Origin: an uncultured Gammaproteobacteria bacterium | GTDB taxonomy: Bacteria > Patescibacteriota > Patescibacteriia > Magasanikbacterales > JBBTQS01 | Length of the DNA: 64,000 nucleotides | Assembly: GCA_964627525.1 (NCBI GenBank) | Contig: CAZVIA010000001.1 | Span: 72,384-136,383 of the forward strand | Direction: 5' to 3' | Part shown: in pieces, positions 1-7,934 of the stretch | Position numbering within the stretch: the stretch's first letter is position 1 | Layout: each line of letters starts with the position of its first letter | Notes under the pieces: generated by a model | Told to the model about the DNA's origin: nothing | The model's input: only the letters and a program-made list of their open reading frames with translations | Database searches by the model: none | Program-made: the position numbers and the translations under genes

Positions 1-2
1 GT

Positions 3-506
3 GAAATAGCTGAAGGAAGAGTTGTGTATGTGCAAAAGAAATCTGAAGGAACAAAAGTTGGTGAAATGGTGGGTACAGAAACTGTAACTGGTGTTAATGT
101 TCATGATGAAGGTGATCCAGATATAAAAGGTGATGAAATTGATTATTCTGCTCGTTTTTATCGATTTGCTGAAGATGGAACAAAAATTGTTGAGCAAAAA
201 GGTAGAATTTTGAGTGAAGGTAGTGAAAAGTTGGACACAAGTCCATTTGCAACTTTACTTGAAAATACAAGTTGGATGAGTGCACGTAAGGGATTTCGAG
301 ATAATAAACAAAGAAGCATTCGTGGTAAGGTGCGTGGTTTTAATGAACAACTTGTTATAATACGTGCAATGCGTGCAGTAGGAATGGGTGAAAGTAATGA
401 ATGTAAAGGTGAAGTAGGAAGTTTATTAAAAGGTCTTGAGAGGTTGCAAGAGCGATATCCAGAAGCACCAATAAGTCATGAGTTAATAACTGAAATTAGA
501 GGTTAA
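3..506 (+). CDS. hypothetical protein, 5' end truncated by the window edge
   Basis: The open frame continues to position 3 with no upstream stop. The listed ORF 24..506 starts at an internal GTG. No recognisable motif. Confidence 0.4.
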   Translation, partial: EIAEGRVVYVQKKSEGTKVGEMVGTETVTGVNVHDEGDPDIKGDEIDYSARFYRFAEDGTKIVEQKGRILSEGSEKLDTSPFATLLENTSWMSARKGFRDNKQRSIRGKVRGFNEQLVIIRAMRAVGMGESNECKGEVGSLLKGLERLQERYPEAPISHELITEIRG

Positions 507-805
507 TTTGGGTTTATAAAAAATTAGATAAAAAGCTAAGCCCTTGATATTTGTCAGGGGTTTTGATATAAATATTTCTCAACTAACGGTGGTTGAAGTT
601 CACAAGCTTTGATCAATGGGTCCCCCCCCCAAAAAAAATAATTGCCGATAAGTAACATAACGTTCTTATTGGTTTTTGTATTCACAATTTTTCCACCATT
701 AATCAACAGATTTAATCTTTTTTATTTTGTGAAGTGATTGTATAATCATCTAATTTGGTTTTGTTGTTTTAAAAAATAAAACATTGTTTTGTTTGATTGT
801 TTGCC

Positions 806-946
806 AACTGCACACCTACCTAAGGTACTCGTGAGCCGAAAGCGGGCATGGTGTCCGGCTTTACCGCCGGACGAGCGAAGGTGAACGCGTAGCGAAGTGC
901 GCCACGCTGGGGCGCATGAGCGTGCCGAAGGAGGTGTGTGGTTGGT
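806..946 (+). ncRNA. candidate structured RNA or cis-regulatory leader upstream of comEC
   Basis: This 140-nt block is about 60% GC in a 33% GC background. Inverted repeats are visible: gtccggc..gccggac and cacgct..agcgtg. A TGtataat extended -10 lies about 60 nt upstream near 737. The 3' end carries AAGGAGGTG at 929-937. No match to SRP, tmRNA or RNase P motifs by eye. Confidence 0.35.
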
Positions 947-1001
947 AATAACAATCAGACAAAAGCAGTTGTACTTGTTTTTACAACAATCACAAAAATA
1001 A

Positions 1002-2324
1002 ATGTTAAAAAAAAATATCCAATCACCTTCGCAAAGGTTTGTTGTGGCTTGTTTAGTGTTGTTAATTTTTTTTGGAGTAAAAGTTTACATACAAGAGCAA
1101 ATTTTGGCAAAAAATCATCCGCGATCAAGACAAATAGATTTTCAAGCGCAAGTTGTGCGTGAAGTTTTTGATAAAAATAATTCTCAAGAGTTGGTTGTGC
1201 GTTCAGAAGAAGGTTTGGTTCAGGTGCGCATTCCAAAATATCCAAGTTTTAAATACGGCGACATTATAAATATAAGATGTACAAGATTTTTTCCAGATGC
1301 ATTAGATAAAGATGGTGCACATTATGGTCGTTATTTGCGAATGCAGGGGATTAATTGGGTTTGTAAAAATTCAGAAGTTGAGTGGGTGGGTTATAAAAAA
1401 ATTCTGTCTTTGCGATATTATGTAATTTTTGTGCGTAAAAAAATTGCACAAACAGTTGAAAATATTTGGCCAGAACCACACGCATCTTTTATTGCTGGGA
1501 TTTTGTATGGCGAGCGTAAAGGAATGTCCAAAGATTTAAAAGATAAATTCGCCATAACAGGATTAACACACATCATGGCAGTGTCTGGATATAATGTCAC
1601 AATTGTTGCAAATATTATTTTGGCTTTTTTGGCAGCAATCGGAGTGCGCAGAAAACGTGCATTTGGTTTTGTTTTAGTTGGAGTTGCATTTTTTGTAGTG
1701 CTGGTTGGTGGAAGCGCATCTGCAGTACGTGCTGGGATTATGGGAGTAGTTGCTTTGTTAGGTAGGACTTTGGGTCGTGGCAATAATGCTGCAGCTCTTA
1801 TAATTTCAGCTTCAATAATTATGACATTGCACAATGAAATGGTTTTGCTTTATGATGTGGGATTTCATTTATCAGTACTCGCAACAATTGGTTTAATTTA
1901 TTTTTCGCCAATTATTGAAAAATTTTTGCGATGGGTCCCGGGGATTTTTGGGTTGCGCGAAATAATTTCAACAAGTGTGAGTGCAATAATTTTTACCGCG
2001 CCATTAATCAGTTTTGTTTTTGGAAAAGTCACAGTTGTTTCTTTAATCACAAATGTTTTGGTGTTACCAGTGATTCCAATTTTAATGTTACTGTCCGGAG
2101 TCGCGATGTTGTTTGGTTTATTTTTAAAACCAGCTGGAGTTTTATTAGGTGTGGTAGCCTGGTTGTTAAGTTCGTATGTTTTATTGATTGTAAAAATATT
2201 TTCCGAGTTAAGTTTTGCATCTCTAAGTTTTGCAATGCCGTTGTGGGTCGTAATTATTAGTTATTTAATTTTATGGATTTTAATTTTTCAAAAAAACAAA
2301 TTATTGGATTGGTTGGAATCTTGA
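1002..2324 (+). CDS. comEC: ComEC/Rec2 DNA-uptake channel, N-terminal and competence domain (multi-TM)
   Basis: ITGLTHIMAVSGYNV competence-domain motif and many TM helices. The ORF ends inside an A7 tract; the MBL domain continues in another frame. Confidence 0.8.
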   Translation: MLKKNIQSPSQRFVVACLVLLIFFGVKVYIQEQILAKNHPRSRQIDFQAQVVREVFDKNNSQELVVRSEEGLVQVRIPKYPSFKYGDIINIRCTRFFPDALDKDGAHYGRYLRMQGINWVCKNSEVEWVGYKKILSLRYYVIFVRKKIAQTVENIWPEPHASFIAGILYGERKGMSKDLKDKFAITGLTHIMAVSGYNVTIVANIILAFLAAIGVRRKRAFGFVLVGVAFFVVLVGGSASAVRAGIMGVVALLGRTLGRGNNAAALIISASIIMTLHNEMVLLYDVGFHLSVLATIGLIYFSPIIEKFLRWVPGIFGLREIISTSVSAIIFTAPLISFVFGKVTVVSLITNVLVLPVIPILMLLSGVAMLFGLFLKPAGVLLGVVAWLLSSYVLLIVKIFSELSFASLSFAMPLWVVIISYLILWILIFQKNKLLDWLES

Positions 2325-3148
2325 TTTTGTTGTTAGGTGTGTTGAGTTTTTACTTGTACAACTTTTTTGTTCATGCTCAAATTCATTTTTTAGACGTTGG
2401 TCAAGGTGATTCAATTTTAATTCATGCACCACATAATCAGCAGATGTTAATTGATTGCGGATATAATGATATTGTGATTGAAGCTCTTGGTCGGAAAATG
2501 AATTATTTTGATCGCACAATTGAATATTTAGTTGTGACGCATAGTGATCGTGATCATTTTGGAGGTTGCTTAGATGTTTTGGATAAATTTGAAGTCAAAA
2601 ATTTTATTTATAATGGTTTGAATAATAAAAACTTTTTGTGGAAAAAGTTTATAGAAAAACTCCGCGCTGAAAACGTAAATTTTATTCATATAAAAAATTT
2701 GCAACAATGGGAATTAGATAAAATAAAAATTCAAAGTTTGTTTCCGGATTTGGATTTAAAAACAAACAAAAAGATTTTTCCAAAAAAAGATCAAACTAAT
2801 AATAATTTTTCTGTTGTGTTAAAAGTAGAAGCAGGGGAGCAGAGTTTTTTATTATTAGGTGATGCAGAAGTTGCTTTGGAAAAATATCTTGCAGAAAGTT
2901 TTTCAGAAAAATCCAAAGAACCAGAAAAATTAAAAGTTGATTATTTGAAAACCGGACATCATGGAAGTAAAACTTCAACAACAGAATTGATTTTACAAAA
3001 AACACAACCGCAAAAAGCAATAATTTCAGTTGGTGCGGAAAACAAATTTGGACATCCGTCAGGTCGAGTAATTTCAAGATTAAATAGGTATAAAGTGCAG
3101 ATTTACAGGACAGATATGGAGGGAGATATAAGTTTTATGCTATACTAG
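2273..3148 (+). CDS. comEC: ComEC C-terminal metallo-beta-lactamase domain, separate ORF
   Basis: HFLDVGQGDSILIH, VVTHSDRDHFGG and LKTGHHGSK MBL motifs preceded by one TM helix. Overlaps the upstream ComEC ORF by 52 nt in a different frame. Confidence 0.8.
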   Translation: MDFNFSKKQIIGLVGILILLLGVLSFYLYNFFVHAQIHFLDVGQGDSILIHAPHNQQMLIDCGYNDIVIEALGRKMNYFDRTIEYLVVTHSDRDHFGGCLDVLDKFEVKNFIYNGLNNKNFLWKKFIEKLRAENVNFIHIKNLQQWELDKIKIQSLFPDLDLKTNKKIFPKKDQTNNNFSVVLKVEAGEQSFLLLGDAEVALEKYLAESFSEKSKEPEKLKVDYLKTGHHGSKTSTTELILQKTQPQKAIISVGAENKFGHPSGRVISRLNRYKVQIYRTDMEGDISFMLY

Positions 3149-3168
3149 TGTCAATTGAAGCAAAAAAT

Positions 3169-4674
3169 ATGAGTTATCGCACATACAAATTGAGCGCACT
3201 TTTTAGTGTATTTTTGTGTTTATTATTTTTAATGCCTTTTGCTACGCCAGCAAATGCAAATACAGGAGTTGGTTTTGTGCCAAGTTCTGGAGTTTGGTTT
3301 TCGCAAGATGTTTTTTATGAAAACGAAACTGTAAAATTATATACAGTTGTTGTGAACAATACATACAAATCACTTTCTGGAATAATTGGTTTTTATGATA
3401 ATGATCAATTAATTGTGGAGACAGTTTTTTCAAATATAAGGTTTGAAGAAGCAAAACAAATTTCAGCAACTTGGGAGCCACAATCTGGTGATCATGATTT
3501 AGTTGCAAAATTTACTCAAGTGACTGGAACTAATGATGATGGTTCAAAAGAAAATTTTGACGGTGCGACTTTTACTGGAGGTGCTTCTGAAGTTAAAACT
3601 TCTCGTTTTGTAGATAAAGATACTGATGGCGATAAGGTCGGAAATGAAGTTGATGATGACGATGACAACGATGGTTTGAGTGATGCAGAAGAAGAAACTT
3701 TAGGTTCTGATCCTGAAAAAACTGATACTGATGGTGATAGTTTGGATGATAAAAAAGAAGTTGATCGTGGTACTGATCCAACTCGTGCTGATACTGATGG
3801 TGATGGTGTTGATGATGATAAGGATGTGTTCCCAACAAACAAAGGAGAGTGGAATGATATTGATGGTGACGGGCAAGGGGATAATTCAGATTCAGATGAT
3901 GATAATGATGGTTTGTCTGATGATGATGAAAAAAATTATGGTTCAGATCCATATAAAAAAGATACTGATGCAGATGGTTTAAATGATAAAGAAGAAATTG
4001 ATTTTAAATCAGATCCAACTAAACCTGATACTGATGCAGATGGTTTAACAGATTATGAAGAAAGAGATTTTGGAACTGATCCTGAAAAAACTGATACTGA
4101 TGGTGATGGTTTAAGTGATTTTACTGAAAAAGAATTAGGTACTGATGCAACAATGGTTGATACTGATGAAGATACTTTGGCTGATGGTGATGAAGTTAAA
4201 GCTGGTACAAGTCCTTTGTTTCAAGATTCAGATGCTGATGAGGTAAATGATAATGTCGATGCTTTTCCAATGAATAAAGCTGAAACTGCTGACACAGATG
4301 AAGATGGTGTTGGAGATAATGCTGATGAAGATGATGATAATGATGGTTTAAATGATGTGCAGGAATTGGAGATGGGGTTAGATCCTTTGAAAGCAGATAC
4401 TGATGATGATACTTTGAGCGACAAAGATGAGATTGAAGTTACTTTGACAGATCCTTTGAAAGCAGATACTGATGAAGATGGTGTTAGTGATGGGGTGGAA
4501 GTTCAGGAGGGTACTGATCCAAATTCAGCTGATTCAGTTCCAGATTTGCCAGATGAAGAAGGTGAAGGTGGGTCAATGTCAATGCAAAAAGTTTTGACTT
4601 TTCTAGCAGTTGTTTCTTCTTTGTGTGTGTTATTTTTTGCAGGACTATATGTGTTCAAGCGCAAAGAATCTTAG
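3169..4674 (+). CDS. cell-surface acidic Ca-binding repeat protein (thrombospondin type-3-like DxDxDGxxD repeats) with C-terminal TM anchor
   Basis: Signal peptide MSYRTYKLSALFSVFLCLLFLMPFATPANA. About 20 DTDGDGLSD / DTDADGLND repeats. C-terminal hydrophobic anchor VLTFLAVVSSLCVLFFAGLYVFKRK. Confidence 0.7.
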   Translation: MSYRTYKLSALFSVFLCLLFLMPFATPANANTGVGFVPSSGVWFSQDVFYENETVKLYTVVVNNTYKSLSGIIGFYDNDQLIVETVFSNIRFEEAKQISATWEPQSGDHDLVAKFTQVTGTNDDGSKENFDGATFTGGASEVKTSRFVDKDTDGDKVGNEVDDDDDNDGLSDAEEETLGSDPEKTDTDGDSLDDKKEVDRGTDPTRADTDGDGVDDDKDVFPTNKGEWNDIDGDGQGDNSDSDDDNDGLSDDDEKNYGSDPYKKDTDADGLNDKEEIDFKSDPTKPDTDADGLTDYEERDFGTDPEKTDTDGDGLSDFTEKELGTDATMVDTDEDTLADGDEVKAGTSPLFQDSDADEVNDNVDAFPMNKAETADTDEDGVGDNADEDDDNDGLNDVQELEMGLDPLKADTDDDTLSDKDEIEVTLTDPLKADTDEDGVSDGVEVQEGTDPNSADSVPDLPDEEGEGGSMSMQKVLTFLAVVSSLCVLFFAGLYVFKRKES

Positions 4675-5446
4675 TGTAAAACTTAGTTTAAATTTTGGTG
4701 CATTTTTAATAATAATTTTGTTTGGTGTTTTTGCTTTTGCAAATAATGTGAGTGCTGAACAAGATTTTGTGATACAAGATAGTGATAATGATGGGTTGTC
4801 AGATTATGATGAACAAAATTTATATTATACAAACCCTCTGAATCCAGACACTGATGGTGATGGTTATTTTGATGGTCAGGAAATAAAATTTGGTTATTCG
4901 CCGCACATGGGTGATGGTGTTCGCTTGTCTAAAAATGATTTTGATAAAGATGGGATGAATGATTATTTAGAAATTGCGTTTCATACCAATTTAATAAATC
5001 CAGACACTGATGGTGATGGTTATTTTGATGGTTTGGAGTTGAGGTATAGTTATGATCCGCGGATTTTTGTTCCTAAGAAAATTAAAAAACGAATTATTGT
5101 GGATTTATCTGAACAAATGTTGCGTTATTATTGGGATGACATAAAAATGGGGGAGTTTTTAATTTCTTCTGGGCGTGCTACAGTACCAACTCCTTTGGGA
5201 AAGTTTTCTATTAATACAAAATTACCTGTGCACACATATTCAGGTGCAAATTATTATTACCCAAATACAAAATGGAATATGCGTTTTCATGGAACTCCGC
5301 CGTATTCATATTATATTCATGGAGCTTTTTGGCATGATAATTTTGGTACACCAATGAGTGGTGGTTGTATAAATGTTTCTTATGATAAAATGGAAGGGTT
5401 GTATCATTGGGCAGAAATTGGGACTGAAGTTGAAATTATAGAATAA
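4649..5446 (+). CDS. L,D-transpeptidase (YkuD domain) with N-terminal TSP3-like Ca-binding repeats
   Basis: Signal peptide, then NPDTDGDGYFDG repeats twice. C-terminal HG(T)...SGGCIN catalytic motif typical of YkuD L,D-transpeptidases. Confidence 0.75.
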   Translation: MCSSAKNLSVKLSLNFGAFLIIILFGVFAFANNVSAEQDFVIQDSDNDGLSDYDEQNLYYTNPLNPDTDGDGYFDGQEIKFGYSPHMGDGVRLSKNDFDKDGMNDYLEIAFHTNLINPDTDGDGYFDGLELRYSYDPRIFVPKKIKKRIIVDLSEQMLRYYWDDIKMGEFLISSGRATVPTPLGKFSINTKLPVHTYSGANYYYPNTKWNMRFHGTPPYSYYIHGAFWHDNFGTPMSGGCINVSYDKMEGLYHWAEIGTEVEIIE

Positions 5447-5475
5447 AAATTATTGTTTATGGTTGAAAAATTTTT

Positions 5476-6165
5476 ATGAAAAAAACTATTGTTATATCAG
5501 TTGGTGGTTCAGTTGTTGTGCCAGCAAAAGGTGATGGTGTTGCAGCTTTAAAAAATTTGCGCGCACTGTTGTTTGAGTTTTGTAAAAAAGGATATAAATT
5601 TATTTTGGTTGTTGGTGGTGGTGTAACTTGTCGTGAATATAGGGATAGATTAATAAAGTTGGGTGTTAAGGAGCGAGATGATTTAGATTGGATGGGAATT
5701 TTTGCAACACATTTAAATGCAAAATATATTGCGCGTGCTTTACAACCAGTTGCTGATAAAGAAATTATTATAGACCGCAACACTAAGAAAAAGTTTTTGA
5801 AAAAAATAATGATTGCTGGTGGTGATAAACCTGGATCTTCAACAGATCATATGGCGGTTTTGTTAGCTAAAAAATTTGGAGCGGATTTTGTGGTAAATTT
5901 AAGTGATGTTGATTATATTTATTCTGCAGATCCTAGAAAAAATCCTAACGCTAAAAAATTTACTTCTTTGAGTTGGGATCAAATGCAAAAAATTGTTGGA
6001 ACAAAATGGTCTCCTGGAATGCATTCACCATTTGATCCTGTAGCTACTGCTTTGGCACGAAAAAAAGACGTTGATGTGGCTATGGTGAGTGGTGCGAAGT
6101 TGGGGGAGTTGAAAAAGTTGTTAAATGGTGGGGATTTTAAAGGGACTTGGGTTAGTAATAAGTAG
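5476..6165 (+). CDS. pyrH: amino-acid-kinase family protein, most likely archaeal-type UMP kinase
   Basis: GGSVV, VVGGG and GG.KPGSSTD..A.LLA motifs. About 229 aa, collinear with short archaeal-type PyrH. Confidence 0.65.
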   Translation: MKKTIVISVGGSVVVPAKGDGVAALKNLRALLFEFCKKGYKFILVVGGGVTCREYRDRLIKLGVKERDDLDWMGIFATHLNAKYIARALQPVADKEIIIDRNTKKKFLKKIMIAGGDKPGSSTDHMAVLLAKKFGADFVVNLSDVDYIYSADPRKNPNAKKFTSLSWDQMQKIVGTKWSPGMHSPFDPVATALARKKDVDVAMVSGAKLGELKKLLNGGDFKGTWVSNK

Positions 6166-6257
6166 ACAGCGCGTTGTCTTAACAGACAGCGCGTTTGTGT
6201 TTTTTTGATTTAAAAGTTTTTAACAGGATGTGCACATTTTATAAACTGATTTTATCT

Positions 6258-6292
6258 TGACCGTTAAATTTTTCAAATATATACTAAACTAG
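6258..6292 (+). promoter_or_regulatory. sigma70-type promoter TTGACC-N17-TATACT
   Basis: ttgacc at 6258, a 17-nt spacer, then tatact, upstream of the coiled-coil gene. Confidence 0.55.
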
Positions 6293-6318
6293 CTCTAGTG
6301 TTAAAAGTAGTAAAAAAT

Positions 6319-6651
6319 ATGGAAAAAAGAATTGAAAATAAAATAGACAAGATTGAAAATAATATAGGCAGGATTGAAAAAAATATAGATAGGGTTTTAA
6401 ACAAACTTGAAGAGCATGATGAAAAGTTTGATTTAGTGTTCGGTAAACTTGAAGAGCATGATGAAAAGTTTGATTTAGTGTTCGGTAAACTTGAAGAGCA
6501 TGATCGTGTCTTTGATAATATGTTTATGATGTTGGATGATTTGTCTTTAAAAGTAGATAAGGTAGTAAAATGGAAAGCATTTTCAGACAAAACACTCAAA
6601 AGACATGATTCGGAAATAACTGATATACAAATTGCCTTAGGAACAATTTAA
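6319..6651 (+). CDS. small coiled-coil protein with a perfect internal 42-bp tandem duplication
   Basis: KLEEHDEKFDLVFG is repeated. The DNA unit 6403-6444 is repeated exactly at 6445-6486, with a partial third copy at 6487-6504. Confidence 0.55.
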   Translation: MEKRIENKIDKIENNIGRIEKNIDRVLNKLEEHDEKFDLVFGKLEEHDEKFDLVFGKLEEHDRVFDNMFMMLDDLSLKVDKVVKWKAFSDKTLKRHDSEITDIQIALGTI

Positions 6652-6734
6652 AATTTTCGCTAAATTTAGCCAAAAAATAAGCACTATAAATAAACTTGAC
6701 TTATAATTTTTTTTCTGATAAACTTATTTCAAAT

Positions 6735-6840
6735 GCCACAGACAGCAGGCTGTTTCATAAGTCCTGCCGAGGTAAAAGACTATTAATTAGGTCGACTTTT
6801 ACTAGTTTCCTGTGGCGAATGTGTCACAGTTTTTTGTTTA
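6735..6840 (+). promoter_or_regulatory. putative ribosomal protein L10 (rplJ) autoregulatory leader
   Basis: Nested inverted repeats gccacag..ctgtggc, gcagg..cctgc and gtaaaag..cttttac lie immediately upstream of rplJ. This position is typical for the L10(L12)4 binding leader. Confidence 0.4.
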
Positions 6841-6843
6841 AAT

Positions 6844-7371
6844 ATGCCAAAAACAAGACAACAAAAAGAAAAAGATGTAGCAGATTTGACTGATGTTATC
6901 AAACAAAGCAAAGCTGCTGTTTTTGCATCATTTAAAAACATCACAGTTGGCGACGCGCAAACATTGCGTAGAAGCTGTCGTGAAGTAGATGTAAAATATT
7001 TAGTTGCAAAAAAGACTTTAATGAACCGTGCATTTAAAAATGCTGGTTATGATGATGTGGACACTTCTCCTTTTGAAGGTAACATTGGTGTTGCTTTTGG
7101 AATGGGTGATGAGGTTGCATCAGCAAAAACATTAGATACATTTGCCAAAGACCATGAGGGTTTCACTATTTTGGGTGGAATTTTAGAAGGACGTTATATT
7201 AAAGCTGATCAAGTGATTAGTTTGGCTAAATTGCCAAGTCGCGATGAATTACTTGCCAAGTTGGTAGGTTCATTAGCTGCTCCAATGTCTGGTTTTGTAA
7301 ATGTATTAGCAGGTGTACCGCGTAATTTTGTACAGGTTTTATCTGCAATAAAAGATGCTAAAGAAGCATAA
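6844..7371 (+). CDS. rplJ: 50S ribosomal protein L10
   Basis: L10-like sequence and size, directly upstream of rplL. Confidence 0.9.
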   Translation: MPKTRQQKEKDVADLTDVIKQSKAAVFASFKNITVGDAQTLRRSCREVDVKYLVAKKTLMNRAFKNAGYDDVDTSPFEGNIGVAFGMGDEVASAKTLDTFAKDHEGFTILGGILEGRYIKADQVISLAKLPSRDELLAKLVGSLAAPMSGFVNVLAGVPRNFVQVLSAIKDAKEA

Positions 7372-7406
7372 AGCATAAAAAGAAACATAAATTAATTTAT
7401 AAAGAT

Positions 7407-7823
7407 ATGAGTGAAGAAACAACACAAGAAGAAAAAAAGGACGTAGTTGTCCCAGAAAAATTCAAATCTCTTGTTGAAGAGGTTGAAAAAATGTCAGTAC
7501 TTGATTTAGCTGAACTTGTAAAAATTCTTGAAGACAAGTTTGGTGTTTCAGCTTCTGCTCCAGTTGCAATGATGGCTGGTCCAGCTGCTGGCGAAGCTAC
7601 TGTAGAAGAAAAAGATGAGTTTGATATTGAGCTTACAGGATCTGGAGAAAATAAGATCTCAGTTATTAAAGTTGTTCGTGAAATAACTGGTCTTGGTTTG
7701 AAAGATGCTAAAGACATGGTAGATGGCGCTCCTAAGGTAATTAAGGAAAAGGCTAAAAAAGAAGAAGCAGAAGAAATTAAGAAAAAGATTGAAGAAGCAG
7801 GTGGTACTTGCGATTTGAAATAA
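7407..7823 (+). CDS. rplL: 50S ribosomal protein L7/L12
   Basis: Ala/Glu-rich hinge and a C-terminal domain with [20 protein letters not shown]. Confidence 0.95.
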   Translation: MSEETTQEEKKDVVVPEKFKSLVEEVEKMSVLDLAELVKILEDKFGVSASAPVAMMAGPAAGEATVEEKDEFDIELTGSGENKISVIKVVREITGLGLKDAKDMVDGAPKVIKEKAKKEEAEEIKKKIEEAGGTCDLK

Positions 7824-7826
7824 AGT

Positions 7827-7926
7827 AAAAAAAGTATTACATTCCGTACCTATCTCGCACATGTCTCCAACATGCGCTTGACCCTCTATGGGCAAACAGT
7901 GCTAAGATGTAATACTTTTTTATTTT
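7827..7926. terminator. bidirectional terminator: A-run, 14-bp stem (gtattacat/atgtaatac), T-run, enclosing a 65-nt structured loop
   Basis: aaaaaaagtattacat ... atgtaatacttttttt lies between convergent rplL and the 763-aa gene. The loop contains its own hairpin gcacatg..catgcgc. Confidence 0.5.
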
Positions 7927-7934
7927 TTATAAAA

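Noticed and set aside
938-1162. 74-aa ORF starting at GTG right after the AAGGAGGTG site and overlapping the comEC start
   Set aside because: The translation is not protein-like and the ORF is the +1 frame of the genuine ComEC N-terminal TM region. Noted only as a possible regulatory uORF within the leader finding.
3516-3952. Long antisense ORFs (His/Tyr-rich 119 aa and Ser-rich 108 aa) and another at 4221..4424 opposite the TSP3-repeat gene
   Set aside because: Low-complexity translations produced by the antisense of the GAT/GAC-rich repeat codons. The sense strand encodes a coherent signal-peptide protein with regular DTDGDG repeats.
3600-4560. Periodic DNA repeats that might be mistaken for a CRISPR array or a tandem-repeat locus
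   Set aside because: Repeats are imperfect, in frame and encode DxDxDG calcium-binding motifs. There is no direct-repeat/spacer architecture and no cas genes.
6273-6599. 108-aa minus-strand ORF overlapping the coiled-coil gene
   Set aside because: Low-complexity Ser/Phe/Ile-rich antisense translation of the 42-bp tandem repeat. The plus-strand product is a regular heptad coiled coil downstream of a consensus promoter.
7827-7926. An independent small RNA gene inside the rplL terminator loop
   Set aside because: A possible TTGACC...TAAGAT pair has 19-nt spacing, with no clear terminator of its own. It is more parsimonious as an elaborate bidirectional terminator, retained as such.
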